Below, one piece after another: positions 38,809-49,180 of a DNA stretch of 64,000 bases (its first letter is position 1; each line of letters opens with the position of its first letter). Source of the stretch: Minisyncoccia bacterium (GTDB taxonomy: Bacteria > Patescibacteriota > Minisyncoccia > Phycocordibacterales > UBA918); assembly GCA_041750655.1 (NCBI GenBank), contig JBGSYZ010000013.1, forward strand, positions 4,769 to 68,768, given 5' to 3'. The notes beneath the pieces were generated by a model. The model searched no databases. It saw nothing but the letters and a program-made list of their open reading frames with translations, and was not told where the DNA came from. Both the position numbers and the translations under genes were made by a program.

Positions 38809-40221
38809 TTATTCAAGACTTTCAGTTACGGTAATCTCCCTCATCTCACGTGGGAAGCTGGTTTTCCAAAATGGTCGCACTACAGCCTCGGCACTTTCTA
38901 TGGCTGGGTATTTGCCTAGAATTTGTGAAATAGCCGTCTTTTCAACCCCGAGTAAATCAGCTTTTAGCTCATTTTCATTGAACTGCCAGACAATCTGAAC
39001 ATTACCTGTAAGTGAAAAACTAAGTTCACTTTCTGCGCTTATGTCAGAAATAGTAGTGGTTGGTGAAGTGTATGCAAAAGTCAGAGCATTATAATCAGTC
39101 AGTCGAACTGGCAAGCCTTCATACCCAGGCACGCTTTTTTCTGCTAAGAACTTAGCTAGATCTGCTTCCTTGAATAATGGCACACGAAGCACTCCTTGTT
39201 CTTTGATAGTAGCCAAATTATCTCCATAGGCTACTGCTGGAAGAGAATTAAAACTAAAAGTAACAGCATCTTTGTATAAAACAAAGCCAGCTGGTCGTTC
39301 AGTTTCAAGCCGAGCTAATAAAGCATCGCGAAGTTCGGTGTGTAAACCTTGTCTGGCAGTTTCCAATTCAGCATCATCAATAATAAACTTTTGACCTGAA
39401 AAACCACCATTCATGCTACCTGTTGATTCACCATAGACTTTGTCGTATTCAGCTGACCCTTCAAAGCCAGGAATGGTAAAGCGCGAAGGGCCAATGTTGT
39501 ATTTTTCACCAGCAGCTTCGGCGAATACATCAGCTGTAATTACACCTGGTACAATGGAATTACCGTCACCTTTGCTATACCCCGGTACAACTGCTGACTC
39601 TTTTATTTTATATATCAAACCATCTGGGGACCTAAAACGGGTGTTTTTTACCAAACGAACTGGGTTTGGACTAAATTCGTTATAAACCAAAATTGTCCCT
39701 TGTGCTTGTTGAGTAACTTCCTCTTGACCCGAAGCTTCTACTTGTCGTTCACCGTCTGCCTCTAGTGTAAGAAGTTCATACAACAATGTGTCTTGTTTGG
39801 CGACTACAGAGCCAGTAAAAGTGGCAGCGATATTTTTTTCAGTATGTCGAGGTTTAACAGTTATATCAGCCCCACCCATTAAGGCACTAGCGACCACACC
39901 ACCCAAAACAACAAACACAAAAACAATCCCCGCTATCACATACGAAGATTGGCGAGATTTTCTACCATCTACTATCTCAATAGTGTCAAAATGTGTATCT
40001 TCGGCTTGTGAGTCTGTTTTCGGCTCTCTAACAGGTCTTCTCTGCATTCGTTCACGCAACGAGTTATGTTCTACGCTGTTATCTCTTTTAATTTTAATAT
40101 CAGATACTGGCTCTTCAGCCTGTGGCTTCATTTCCACTTCTTCACTAACAGGACGAACTGGTTTCGCAGATTTGCGAGGCCGAGCTGGTTGAATGTCTTG
40201 TAAATTCCACTTTTGATTCAT
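38809..40221 (-). CDS. bitopic protein with baseplate-J/gp47-like extracellular domain
   Basis: Disordered N-terminus, one TM, A.GTILVYN...TRF...VPG...AEAAGEKYNIG...GG pattern recalled from CPR proteins. Confidence 0.6.
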   Translation of the reverse strand: MNQKWNLQDIQPARPRKSAKPVRPVSEEVEMKPQAEEPVSDIKIKRDNSVEHNSLRERMQRRPVREPKTDSQAEDTHFDTIEIVDGRKSRQSSYVIAGIVFVFVVLGGVVASALMGGADITVKPRHTEKNIAATFTGSVVAKQDTLLYELLTLEADGERQVEASGQEEVTQQAQGTILVYNEFSPNPVRLVKNTRFRSPDGLIYKIKESAVVPGYSKGDGNSIVPGVITADVFAEAAGEKYNIGPSRFTIPGFEGSAEYDKVYGESTGSMNGGFSGQKFIIDDAELETARQGLHTELRDALLARLETERPAGFVLYKDAVTFSFNSLPAVAYGDNLATIKEQGVLRVPLFKEADLAKFLAEKSVPGYEGLPVRLTDYNALTFAYTSPTTTISDISAESELSFSLTGNVQIVWQFNENELKADLLGVEKTAISQILGKYPAIESAEAVVRPFWKTSFPREMREITVTESLE

Positions 40222-40245
40222 TTTATAAAGTATACCGTCATTTCA

Positions 40246-41424
40246 TTACTTGGCGAGCGTTCCCTGTTCATGAAGTGTATGAAAAACAAATGAAGACAGT
40301 AGTATAGCCGTATCTTCGGTCTCAGTTTCTGGGAATACTTTTTTAGTAATTGGAATAACAGTGTGTTCACCACCGGTTGCTCGATGTGAAGCTTTGGTTA
40401 TATATTTTTTAAAAAAAGTCTCCGTGTATCTATCAGTGTGTAGATATATGATTGATGGGACAGTTAACAGGTCCCCCATTGATTTTAAGAGATTGGCAAT
40501 TTCTTCTGTGTATTCTTCAAATACAGATTCAGCAACTATTTGTTGAGCGTCTGTTAGTTGCGGGGGATTATCCTGGAGTAAAGTTTTAACAGACCCAACT
40601 GGCATTTTAAGTTTTGCACTTAAAATTCTAATAATAGTTTGGGAGCCTATCAATGAATGAGCTACTTTGGTTAGTTCTTCGTTTCTCACAATTCCCACTT
40701 CAGTAGCTTCCCCTGTTATATCAATTAAAGTCATTTCTGAAGTTTCGGGAAAAATATCTCGAATAGCTGTGTAATATGTCAGTAAAAAAGTATTTAATAA
40801 TAAAGTGGCTTCAGGAAAAACTTCCTCAGCATGCTTTTTGATTGCTGCCACAATTTTTGATGAAGCAATGCCACTGGAATGAGAAATATATAGCTTATGT
40901 GTTTCTAGATTTCGCGGATCTTTAATCGTGTAGCCATTGGCAGTCATATGGAGTATTTGGTTGGTAATTATTTCTAGACCTTCACGTTTTAGAAATTCAG
41001 TAGTCTTAAGATTATCCATCGATTGCTTCTGGGCGTCTGCCACTAAATTACTTACCAATTTATCAGTGATTTTAAATATTTCTTTATTTTCATACTCGGT
41101 TTGCTGAGTAATTGTATGTGCCCAGGGAGCTGAAATTGAAACTTGAATGTATGAAATATGAGCACTGGGGTCATATTTTTTAAGAGCGGCTCCTCCGGTG
41201 CTGCCTAATACTAAGAATAATCTAAGTAACGCTTCCTCTATAAAACGAGTGGGGTTTTCTGTACTCGCATCTTTAATAACAGCCCATTCACGATGAGTGT
41301 ACAGGACCGGATTGGTTTTAGTGACTATATCTGAAGCTACAATTGAAGCCGCAACACTAGCTGAACCAATGTCTAAAATTATGGCGTATTTACCATCAGG
41401 ACCATGTTTACCTAAACCGAACAT
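40246..41424 (-). CDS. FtsA/actin-like ATPase-fold protein (divergent)
   Basis: ILDIGSASV phosphate-1 and LIDITGEATE phosphate-2 motifs. Confidence 0.6.
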   Translation of the reverse strand: MFGLGKHGPDGKYAIILDIGSASVAASIVASDIVTKTNPVLYTHREWAVIKDASTENPTRFIEEALLRLFLVLGSTGGAALKKYDPSAHISYIQVSISAPWAHTITQQTEYENKEIFKITDKLVSNLVADAQKQSMDNLKTTEFLKREGLEIITNQILHMTANGYTIKDPRNLETHKLYISHSSGIASSKIVAAIKKHAEEVFPEATLLLNTFLLTYYTAIRDIFPETSEMTLIDITGEATEVGIVRNEELTKVAHSLIGSQTIIRILSAKLKMPVGSVKTLLQDNPPQLTDAQQIVAESVFEEYTEEIANLLKSMGDLLTVPSIIYLHTDRYTETFFKKYITKASHRATGGEHTVIPITKKVFPETETEDTAILLSSFVFHTLHEQGTLAK

Positions 41425-41523
41425 TTGCCACTAGTATACCAGGTCGACTCATTATGTAGAGTACAGTTTCAGTAAACATTCGTGGATAGTATCAACAAAA
41501 ATACTGTTTACGCTACGCAAAAA

Positions 41524-43392
41524 CTATTCCAAAACTGCTTTAATACGTCGCACACCAGACGAAGATGATTCTTCTTTGATGATTTTGAAAGTACCGTGTA
41601 TGTCTTCAAGTTTTTCTACGTGTGGGCCACCACAAAGTTCTTTAGAGAAAACAGTGCCATCAGTACCAGTCATGGTATACACCTTCACTTCGTCAGGATA
41701 GCGATCCCAAAAACTACCTTCTATGGTTGGATCGTTTTCCGCTCTATCTTTAGCCATGGTTTCCATGGTGACCTTTCCGCCAATTTTTATAGCTTTGTTT
41801 ACAAAGTCTGCTACTTTTTTTAAAGTTTCTGGTTCCACTTTTACTGGATGGGTAAAGTCAAAACGCATTCGTTCGCCGGTAATGTTTGAACCCGCCTGGT
41901 GCACATGACTGCCAAGTTCTGTGCGTAGAGCGGCCAACATTAAATGTGTAGTAGTATGGTATTGAACTACTTTTTCCGAATGATCAGCCAAACCACCTTT
42001 AAATTTTTGTTCAGCTCCAGTTCGAGATTTTTCTTGGTGTTTTTTCATTTCGGCAGCAAAAGATTCTTCGTCAACTTTGATTCCTTTCTCTTTCGCCAGT
42101 TCTTTAGTTAGTTCAAATGGAAACCCATACGTAGTGAACAGAATAAAAGCATCTTCTCCGGTAATATCGTCTTTACTCAACTTTTCAAACTCCTTCATTC
42201 CTTTTTCAAGCGTTTTTCGGAATTGAACTTCTTCCCCTTCAATTGAATCAAGTATCTCGTTTTGTTTGTCCTCAAGGTACGAGTAATGGTTTTTGTAGAC
42301 GATAATAACTCCTTCAGATAACTCTTTAAAGCGGCCAGCCGGAACACCAATTTTGTCTGCGAAGCGCACTGCTCGGCGTAAAAGCCTTCTAACAAAATAA
42401 CCTTGCTCAGTATTACTTGGCAAAATACCGTCAGCCACCATAAACACTGCTCCACGAATATGGTCAGCAATAATGCGAAATTCTTCTGTGTGTTCAGCGT
42501 ATTTTTTACCAGATAAGGCTTCGATCTGAGCCACGACTCCCCCAATCAAATCAATTTTAAAAATATCAGGGTCATTATTGGCTGCGGCAGTAATACGTTC
42601 TAGTCCACCACCAAAATCAACGTTTTGGGCTGGTAACTTGGAAAATGAACCATCTTCTTCTTTTAGATACTCCATAAAAACAGAGTTACCTATTTCTAAA
42701 AACCTTCCACAGTCACAGTTTGGGTGACAATGCTCACCAAATTTTGAATCATGCGGTGTACCAAAATCATAGAATACTTCGCTGTCGGGGCCACCAATTT
42801 CACCAGCGGGCATATTTTCAGGTCTGCCAGAACGACTCCACCAGTTTTTGCTCGAGTCATAATAAAAAATTCGTTCGCCTGGCTTCATACCACGCTGTCC
42901 TCCTTGTGCTTCACTCCCCATTTCACCAACAGCATAGGAAATACCTTTGTCGTCAAATAATTTTTGCCATAGTCCAACTGACTCGTCATCACGAGGCACT
43001 CCTGCTTTCTCGTCACCCTGAAACACAGTTACATAAATACGTCCGGCATCGAGACCGACTTCTTCAGTTAAGAATTCAAAAAACCACGGCAGCTGTTCAC
43101 GTTTAAAATAATCACCAAGTGACCAGTTACCAAGCATTTCGAAAAAAGTTGTATGACGATTGTCTCCTACTTCGTCAATATCTTCTGCCCGGAAACACTT
43201 TTGAGAATCTGCCAAACGAGTACCTTTCGGGTGTGTTTCCCCCATTAGATATGGAATCAATGGCTGCATACCACTGCCGGTAAATAGTGTTGTTGGGTCA
43301 TTTTCTGGCACTAAGGCGGAGCTCGGAATAATAGCGTGACCTTGGGCCTCCATAAATTTCAAATACTTCTCTCTGATTTCATTTCCTGACAT
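41524..43392 (-). CDS. alaS: alanine--tRNA ligase, truncated after the editing domain
   Basis: DPTTLFTGSGM, HTTFFEMLGN, HTTTH, ELCGGPH, GVRRIKA at the C-terminus. Confidence 0.96.
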   Translation of the reverse strand: MSGNEIREKYLKFMEAQGHAIIPSSALVPENDPTTLFTGSGMQPLIPYLMGETHPKGTRLADSQKCFRAEDIDEVGDNRHTTFFEMLGNWSLGDYFKREQLPWFFEFLTEEVGLDAGRIYVTVFQGDEKAGVPRDDESVGLWQKLFDDKGISYAVGEMGSEAQGGQRGMKPGERIFYYDSSKNWWSRSGRPENMPAGEIGGPDSEVFYDFGTPHDSKFGEHCHPNCDCGRFLEIGNSVFMEYLKEEDGSFSKLPAQNVDFGGGLERITAAANNDPDIFKIDLIGGVVAQIEALSGKKYAEHTEEFRIIADHIRGAVFMVADGILPSNTEQGYFVRRLLRRAVRFADKIGVPAGRFKELSEGVIIVYKNHYSYLEDKQNEILDSIEGEEVQFRKTLEKGMKEFEKLSKDDITGEDAFILFTTYGFPFELTKELAKEKGIKVDEESFAAEMKKHQEKSRTGAEQKFKGGLADHSEKVVQYHTTTHLMLAALRTELGSHVHQAGSNITGERMRFDFTHPVKVEPETLKKVADFVNKAIKIGGKVTMETMAKDRAENDPTIEGSFWDRYPDEVKVYTMTGTDGTVFSKELCGGPHVEKLEDIHGTFKIIKEESSSSGVRRIKAVLE

Positions 43393-43442
43393 AGTAGCAA
43401 AACTATACTAAATAAAAACTTTTTTAGCTATGTTTTAAATAC

Positions 43443-44498
43443 TTAAAATATTGGTTCCCGGTTGCCTTTTTTGAAAAAGAAACCTTCCAAAGAATACTTA
43501 TCGTAGCCGTAACAAAAGAATGCAATAGGAATACCAATCAAAATAATGTGCGGCCACACTGCTTCTCCAAAGTAAAATAAAGATAATGTCAGGAAAATAT
43601 TTATAACAACAGCTGTAAAACGAACTTCTAACCCTAAGATAAAGAAGATTCCAAGCAGTATTTCAATGATAGCTGCTCCAAAGACGATAAATTCTGGAGT
43701 AAAGCCGAAAACACTCACCAGGTTAAAGTCCTCTACTACAGCGATTGCTAACTGGTTGTGAAGGATTTTAGCGTAGACAGAAGCATAAATGAGTGAAGTA
43801 CCAAAGCCTATTCGTAGAAACAGAAAAGCAAACTCTCCATATTTATTAGCCAAATAATCCAGTCCTTGCGCACACCAACCCCAGATTGAGTGTTCGTGTG
43901 ATATAGAGAATTTATGACCACCGATGAGTATTAACACCAACATTTCTACAAAATAGTTCATATATGTGACCATGTACACGCCGTGGTAAATGATACCAAT
44001 TGCAAAAAAGAACAGACCAATCAATCCAGCAATCCGAGAGTATATACCCAGTATCATAGCTAGTCCTAGGGCTAAAAACGTTAACTGCACGAAAAAACTA
44101 AATGAACCGAACATTGTTTCAAAGGGTAGTTCAGGACCAAACATGGCCGCGTGGTACCCACAAGTAATAAACGCTAAGCCAGCGGTCACTCGGGCGATGA
44201 AGGGTGCAAAATGTTTAAGTTTCACTAAATTTGTATCAAATTTGTTTTCGAGCCTAATTGAAATAGAAATGATAAAGACACTAACAATCATAAAACCAAC
44301 TACGAGCCCCCAGATAATGGTCTCATTTATATTGGCTAAAAATATGTCGTAAAATGAAACTGGAGGTAAATGTTCTAACTCTCCAACTTTCTCAGGACTC
44401 AACACGTAAACTTCATGGGCACTGACTACAAAAGGCAGTACTAAAGTACCTACACAAAAAAATAAAAAATTTATAGTCCCTAAAATTCTTTTCAACAT
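43443..44498 (-). CDS. duplicated DoxX-like membrane protein
   Basis: Two R..G...E..LG..RF DoxX-like repeats, many TMs. Confidence 0.6.
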   Translation of the reverse strand: MLKRILGTINFLFFCVGTLVLPFVVSAHEVYVLSPEKVGELEHLPPVSFYDIFLANINETIIWGLVVGFMIVSVFIISISIRLENKFDTNLVKLKHFAPFIARVTAGLAFITCGYHAAMFGPELPFETMFGSFSFFVQLTFLALGLAMILGIYSRIAGLIGLFFFAIGIIYHGVYMVTYMNYFVEMLVLILIGGHKFSISHEHSIWGWCAQGLDYLANKYGEFAFLFLRIGFGTSLIYASVYAKILHNQLAIAVVEDFNLVSVFGFTPEFIVFGAAIIEILLGIFFILGLEVRFTAVVINIFLTLSLFYFGEAVWPHIILIGIPIAFFCYGYDKYSLEGFFFKKGNREPIF

Positions 44499-44501
44499 GC
44501 T

Positions 44502-45230
44502 TTAGTAGCCTTTAAATGGATCATTAATGATGCTGATAATACCAAGTTCTCGGAGATGTTTTTTAATAGCCGCTATCATGCCTGGTGAACCGGAAATAAA
44601 GTACATGGCAGAATTTGCGTAGCGATTAACCATATCTTCAATTTTAGCATTAACTTCATCAGGAGTGTTTACATAATGAATAGTAATCTGAGGGTGAGCG
44701 GCGAAACCATCAAATTCTTCCTTAAAAGCAAAGTAGTTATTCTTGCCCGCGTATATAAGTTCTAGTTCCGAATTTGTATTTATGTTATTGGCAATCTCAT
44801 AGGCAATAGCTCGAAATGGTGTTATCCCTACCCCACCAGCTATGCCGATAATTTTCTTACCATTTGTGTGGGTATGAAATTCTCCAAAAGGTCCATGCAT
44901 GACAATCGTGTCACCAAGTGAAAGTTCCTGTAATTTTTGTTTGAAGTCACTTGGTTTATCAGGAATAGTTGTAGTAATACGGATCTGTTTTTCAGCTGCT
45001 GAAGAAGCAATGGAAAAGGCTCGCCATTTTTTTCCAGTAATTTTTTTGTTTGGAAACGTAAAAACACTATGTTGGCCCGCTTTCCATGTAATTGGAGTTT
45101 TACTTTCAAAAATAAAAGAATGAGTTCCATTGCCTTCATCGTTGTGCTCTATAAAACTTACTCTGTGTTTAATTAGTAATCCCAAATAATCTATAGGGTG
45201 TAGAAGTGCTCTGAGAAAGAAATCTAGCAT
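44502..45230 (-). CDS. FAD/NAD(P)-binding oxidoreductase (FNR-like)
   Basis: RAFSIAS, GPFGEF, AGGVGITP, SGSPGM. Confidence 0.9.
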   Translation of the reverse strand: MLDFFLRALLHPIDYLGLLIKHRVSFIEHNDEGNGTHSFIFESKTPITWKAGQHSVFTFPNKKITGKKWRAFSIASSAAEKQIRITTTIPDKPSDFKQKLQELSLGDTIVMHGPFGEFHTHTNGKKIIGIAGGVGITPFRAIAYEIANNINTNSELELIYAGKNNYFAFKEEFDGFAAHPQITIHYVNTPDEVNAKIEDMVNRYANSAMYFISGSPGMIAAIKKHLRELGIISIINDPFKGY

Positions 45231-45260
45231 TTGAGTATTGTAGCACCCGCTTTCGTGAGC

Positions 45261-47090
45261 TTAAGCCTTATTTGTTAGTTTCTCTAACAGCTTTATTTCT
45301 TTTTCTTGTGTTTTGAGGCTTTCCATAAAGGTTTCAACCTTCGTGGTGTTTACGTCAGCATTTTTGAAAATAGTATCCACTGTGTCGCTGCCACCAGCGC
45401 ATAAAAATTCATCAATTTTTTCTATGTAGTCTGGTTCTTTTTTCAAACGCATCGCCATCAGGTTGCTGACCAAAAAACCATATGCATAGGTATACACATA
45501 AAATCCATATCGGATATGAGGAACGTAGACATAGCTATAGCCGTCTTTTTCAGTTACTTCCACAGCCTCTCCGAGGTAAGATTTTAGGTGTTTTTCCATC
45601 ATTTTGGCCAATTCTTCTTTGGTGGCCGCTCCTTCTGTACGGATATGATTATGCATCTCTAGTTCAAAATTAAAGAAGGCTATTTGGCGCTGGACTGTGG
45701 CAATATCACCAGAAATTTTATCGTGAAGAAACAATATTTTATCTTTGTCTGATAACTGGTCAAAGATTTTTTCTGAGACGAATTGTTCAAACAAAGTGCT
45801 AGCAGTCTCAGCAGTTGTTGTAGAAAAATCTTCATACAAGACAGACTGTTTTTTACTCCGCTCGGCATGAACAGCATGACCCATTTCGTGTGCCAAAGTT
45901 TCCAATGACTTGAAATTGTTTGTGTGATTAAGCATCACGTAGGTTGGGAGGCCGTGGGTACTGGCCATAAAAGCCCCACCACGCTTGCCTTTTTTAGGGT
46001 ATACATCGGTTTGACCTTCGGTGATAAGACGGTCAAAAATTTCACCATATTCTTTCTTAATACCATAAAAGGCATCTCGGCAAATTTTAACCGCTTCTGT
46101 AAATGATAGTGGTGACAGCTCTCCAATAGGATCGTATTTGTTTACATAGGGAATAGTTTTTTTGCCATGCAGTGTAGCTTTTATCTGGTAAAACTTTTTA
46201 CTAAGGCTGAAGCCTTTTCTAGATATAGCCGTCACGAGAGCCTCCACTGAAGCCTCATCGTTTTCATACCCCAGTACAGTGGCAGAATATGGTTTAGCGT
46301 ATCCCCTCAGTTCATCACTAACCTTTGAGTGCGTAACAATGGCCGTTAGTTCATGTTCGGCAAACTCAGAAATCTGTACCATCTCATTAAGAATTAAATC
46401 CCACAACACTTGTTTATCTGACCAGTTTTGGTGGTCGAGATTAACCAGAGCTTCATTAATTGAATATTTCTTTTTCTTAAAAGTGATATGACGGTTACCA
46501 ATAATTCTTTCAGTCGCTTCTTCCCACATTCCACAAGAAGTGGTACTCCGCAATGAAAGTATTTTCTCTTCAGGTTCAGTCAGATGATGTTTAGCTTTCT
46601 TAAAAATAAATTCAAGTGAATACCGATATTTTCGTAAAAGTGGGTCATTTAAAAACTTCTTTTGTTGATTTTTTGGTATGGTACCAATCTTTAAACTAAA
46701 AAAAGTCAGTTCATTTGAAAGTTTCGTAAAGCGTTCAGAAAAAATATTATTTTTTTTGTTTGCAACTGTATCTTTTGTGTCTAGTGTTGAACGAAAACCA
46801 AAATAACGGGAAATTTTACTAGCTTCGGTGAGGTGACATAACTTTTCGTACTCCTGGTACGCTAAAAATAATTTCTTGGCTGAGGCGGTAAAATCTTTAT
46901 GGCGATACTTTTTAGCAAAGGCCAAATATGCCTTCTCAATTTTTGCTGCATCTTTTTCTATCTGGGGGTCTTTTTCTGATTTATAATAGTGTTTTTCTAG
47001 GTTCCACTCGGTCTGAATCGTATCTAATTTTGGCAATTTCTGCGTTGGTGTATAGACAAATTTAGTAGTCTTCTTTTGTTTTTTTGACAT
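45261..47090 (-). CDS. M3 oligoendopeptidase F family
   Basis: KRGGAF, HEMGH, AETAS, FYVYTY; likely start at 47090. Confidence 0.9.
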   Translation of the reverse strand: MSKKQKKTTKFVYTPTQKLPKLDTIQTEWNLEKHYYKSEKDPQIEKDAAKIEKAYLAFAKKYRHKDFTASAKKLFLAYQEYEKLCHLTEASKISRYFGFRSTLDTKDTVANKKNNIFSERFTKLSNELTFFSLKIGTIPKNQQKKFLNDPLLRKYRYSLEFIFKKAKHHLTEPEEKILSLRSTTSCGMWEEATERIIGNRHITFKKKKYSINEALVNLDHQNWSDKQVLWDLILNEMVQISEFAEHELTAIVTHSKVSDELRGYAKPYSATVLGYENDEASVEALVTAISRKGFSLSKKFYQIKATLHGKKTIPYVNKYDPIGELSPLSFTEAVKICRDAFYGIKKEYGEIFDRLITEGQTDVYPKKGKRGGAFMASTHGLPTYVMLNHTNNFKSLETLAHEMGHAVHAERSKKQSVLYEDFSTTTAETASTLFEQFVSEKIFDQLSDKDKILFLHDKISGDIATVQRQIAFFNFELEMHNHIRTEGAATKEELAKMMEKHLKSYLGEAVEVTEKDGYSYVYVPHIRYGFYVYTYAYGFLVSNLMAMRLKKEPDYIEKIDEFLCAGGSDTVDTIFKNADVNTTKVETFMESLKTQEKEIKLLEKLTNKA

Positions 47091-47661
47091 CAGCAATAAA
47101 GTTCTTATATTCAGTAAATACGTTGTTGAATTCGGCCAGTATCTCACTCTTGAGGCGTTTATTCAAGACATTTGATACTTCTTGATAGGCAAATATACGT
47201 TCTTCTAACTTGCCACCAAAATTGGCCACAAACTTTGAGTGATCGTCGTAGTAATCTTCCACCATAGTGCGCATGTTGTGGATTTTGTCGGCCGCACACA
47301 CAATAAGAGCTTCATGGGGAGCAGTTTTGAGTTGTTCTACGTAGACATTTTTTTTCTTTTTCCAGATGGTTTTGCCTCCATCAGATTCGGTTTGCGGTTC
47401 GGATAAGGCTTCCACAATATCGCGCACTGGGCCACCAAAATCTTCCTGCAGCTCCTCGGCCGTATAGTCTGTATCTTCTATGGTGTCGTGTAAAAGAGCA
47501 GCACAGATTGTGTCTTCGTCGTTGGTGTAGTCTGAAACGATCATGGCTACTGAAACTAAATGACTAATCACCGGGAACGGCATGTCGCCTTTCCGGACCT
47601 GGTCTTTGTGGAGTACAGCGGCTGCTCTGATAGCTTGCTCTATTTTATGTGTGTAGGACAT
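47062..47661 (-). CDS. HD-domain protein, Mesh1/small alarmone hydrolase-like
   Basis: H..Q.RK...P..H, ALLHDTIEDT, ADKIHNMR. Confidence 0.85.
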   Translation of the reverse strand: MSYTHKIEQAIRAAAVLHKDQVRKGDMPFPVISHLVSVAMIVSDYTNDEDTICAALLHDTIEDTDYTAEELQEDFGGPVRDIVEALSEPQTESDGGKTIWKKKKNVYVEQLKTAPHEALIVCAADKIHNMRTMVEDYYDDHSKFVANFGGKLEERIFAYQEVSNVLNKRLKSEILAEFNNVFTEYKNFIADVKKTKEDY

Positions 47662-47703
47662 GTATTTTTTATTTCTGTTTTTGGAATACTTGCTGGAATT
47701 AAT

Positions 47704-48006
47704 TTATTTCAACATTTGATTCATTAGCTCTGCAATTTCTGAATTTTTTGACTGTTCCTCTTCCATAGCACGTTGTAAATCTTGGTTGGCCACAGCTAGT
47801 TTTTCTTGCTCTTTTGCTAAATCTTGCTGGGCTGTGTTAAACCGATCCTGTTCACGTTGAAGCTGTTTTTGAATATTTTCAACCTCGTGTTGAGCTCGCT
47901 CAACATCTTGTGCAAATCTTTTCTGGTTATGTTCAATGTTCTCACGGCTTCGTTGTAGTCGTGTAAGTTCACTTTTAGCTCTTTCAATGTCTCTTTGAAT
48001 ATCCAT
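47704..48006 (-). CDS. coiled-coil hypothetical protein
   Basis: Q/E/R-rich heptads. Confidence 0.65.
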   Translation of the reverse strand: MDIQRDIERAKSELTRLQRSRENIEHNQKRFAQDVERAQHEVENIQKQLQREQDRFNTAQQDLAKEQEKLAVANQDLQRAMEEEQSKNSEIAELMNQMLK

Positions 48007-48008
48007 AA

Positions 48009-48275
48009 TTATAATAAATTAACTCCTTCGTTCAGTAATATAGCACGCTTTTTTTTGACTCCTCCCCTGTTGTAGCCACCCAATCCTCCATCGCTACGAA
48101 TTACTCTATGGCAGGGTACTTCTAAGTCAAAATTTGCCGCCATTATATTAGCGACTGCTCGGGCCGCTTTTTTGTTGCCGGCTTTAGCGGCTACTTCCTT
48201 ATACGTCATGGTTTTTCCTTTGGGAATTTTTCTGACCACCGCTTTCACTTTGTCTGAAAAATTATTTTTTGGCAT
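48009..48275 (-). CDS. ogt: single-domain O6-alkylguanine-DNA alkyltransferase
   Basis: IPKGKTMTY, ARAV, PCHRV. Confidence 0.88.
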   Translation of the reverse strand: MPKNNFSDKVKAVVRKIPKGKTMTYKEVAAKAGNKKAARAVANIMAANFDLEVPCHRVIRSDGGLGGYNRGGVKKKRAILLNEGVNLL

Positions 48276-49119
48276 ATTTAGTTTTTAAATTAGCAATGGC
48301 ATCTTCTGTAGTATCTTCACTTTTTTCATTCTTCTTGTGAATATTTAGCTTATGCAGATTAAGTAATTTTTTACCAGCCGCTTCGCGATAGGGACAATAT
48401 TCGCAGTTTGATCCTGATTCAGGTATTTCTTCCTTTTCCAAACAGTCCACTATTTTATCTAGAGTCGGTTCTATCCAATCTGTTTCAACTTCAACTGGCA
48501 CTAGTGTGGTTTCAAAGACTAATGTATCGTCAAAACCCACCTCGTCTTTACTGGCGTTGGCATATACCAAATAACCCGTATCTTCAACCTTAAAGCCGTT
48601 TTTTTCTAATAACCATTTATACACACCCAGTTGTCGTTTATATTGTTGATCCCATGGACTATCAGTCAGTTGCGTAATAGAACCCTCTTTTGAAGTAGAT
48701 TTGTAATCTACAATAATTAATTTGCCTTCCGGGGTAATCCAAATATCATCAACTGCTCCAGATACTATGAGACCCGTTTCTGTATCTTTGTACTCGATAC
48801 CTTCAAAGTTTTCTCGCCACGTATCCATGTTTTTATGTTGAAACGGTATGGCATTAATTTTGTACTTAACCATTACTGGATGAGGTGTACCAGCAGCTCG
48901 ATGGACATCAAATTCCTTTTTAAAAAGTTCATCTACAGCTATATTTAAATTAAACGAGGGGAAACCCGGTCGTTTGGTGCCTAGTTTGTTGTCTATATAA
49001 AAGCAGCGAGGACACTCGATAAAAAAATCCAATTTTGAACGAGAAAGGCGCCATTTGGCTCCACCATAATTCCACTCAGCACTTCGGTTAGGGTTGTATC
49101 TTTTTATATATTCAGCCAT
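48262..49119 (-). CDS. PD-(D/E)XK nuclease (AddB/Cas4-like)
   Basis: CPRC, GAVDD...IVDYK, QL..Y, C.YCPY. Confidence 0.85.
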   Translation of the reverse strand: MAEYIKRYNPNRSAEWNYGGAKWRLSRSKLDFFIECPRCFYIDNKLGTKRPGFPSFNLNIAVDELFKKEFDVHRAAGTPHPVMVKYKINAIPFQHKNMDTWRENFEGIEYKDTETGLIVSGAVDDIWITPEGKLIIVDYKSTSKEGSITQLTDSPWDQQYKRQLGVYKWLLEKNGFKVEDTGYLVYANASKDEVGFDDTLVFETTLVPVEVETDWIEPTLDKIVDCLEKEEIPESGSNCEYCPYREAAGKKLLNLHKLNIHKKNEKSEDTTEDAIANLKTKYAKK

Positions 49120-49180
49120 ATAGTAATAGTATAGCAAAAGCGGCTCCCGATGGGAGCCGCTTTGTGCTTACAATAGGCTA

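Noticed and set aside
38809-40221. Prophage inferred from the baseplate-like domain
   Set aside because: No other phage genes or integrase; flanked by infA and alaS
43392-43442. T-box leaders for alaS, trpS, gltX or leuS
   Set aside because: No TGGNACC motif and too little intergenic space
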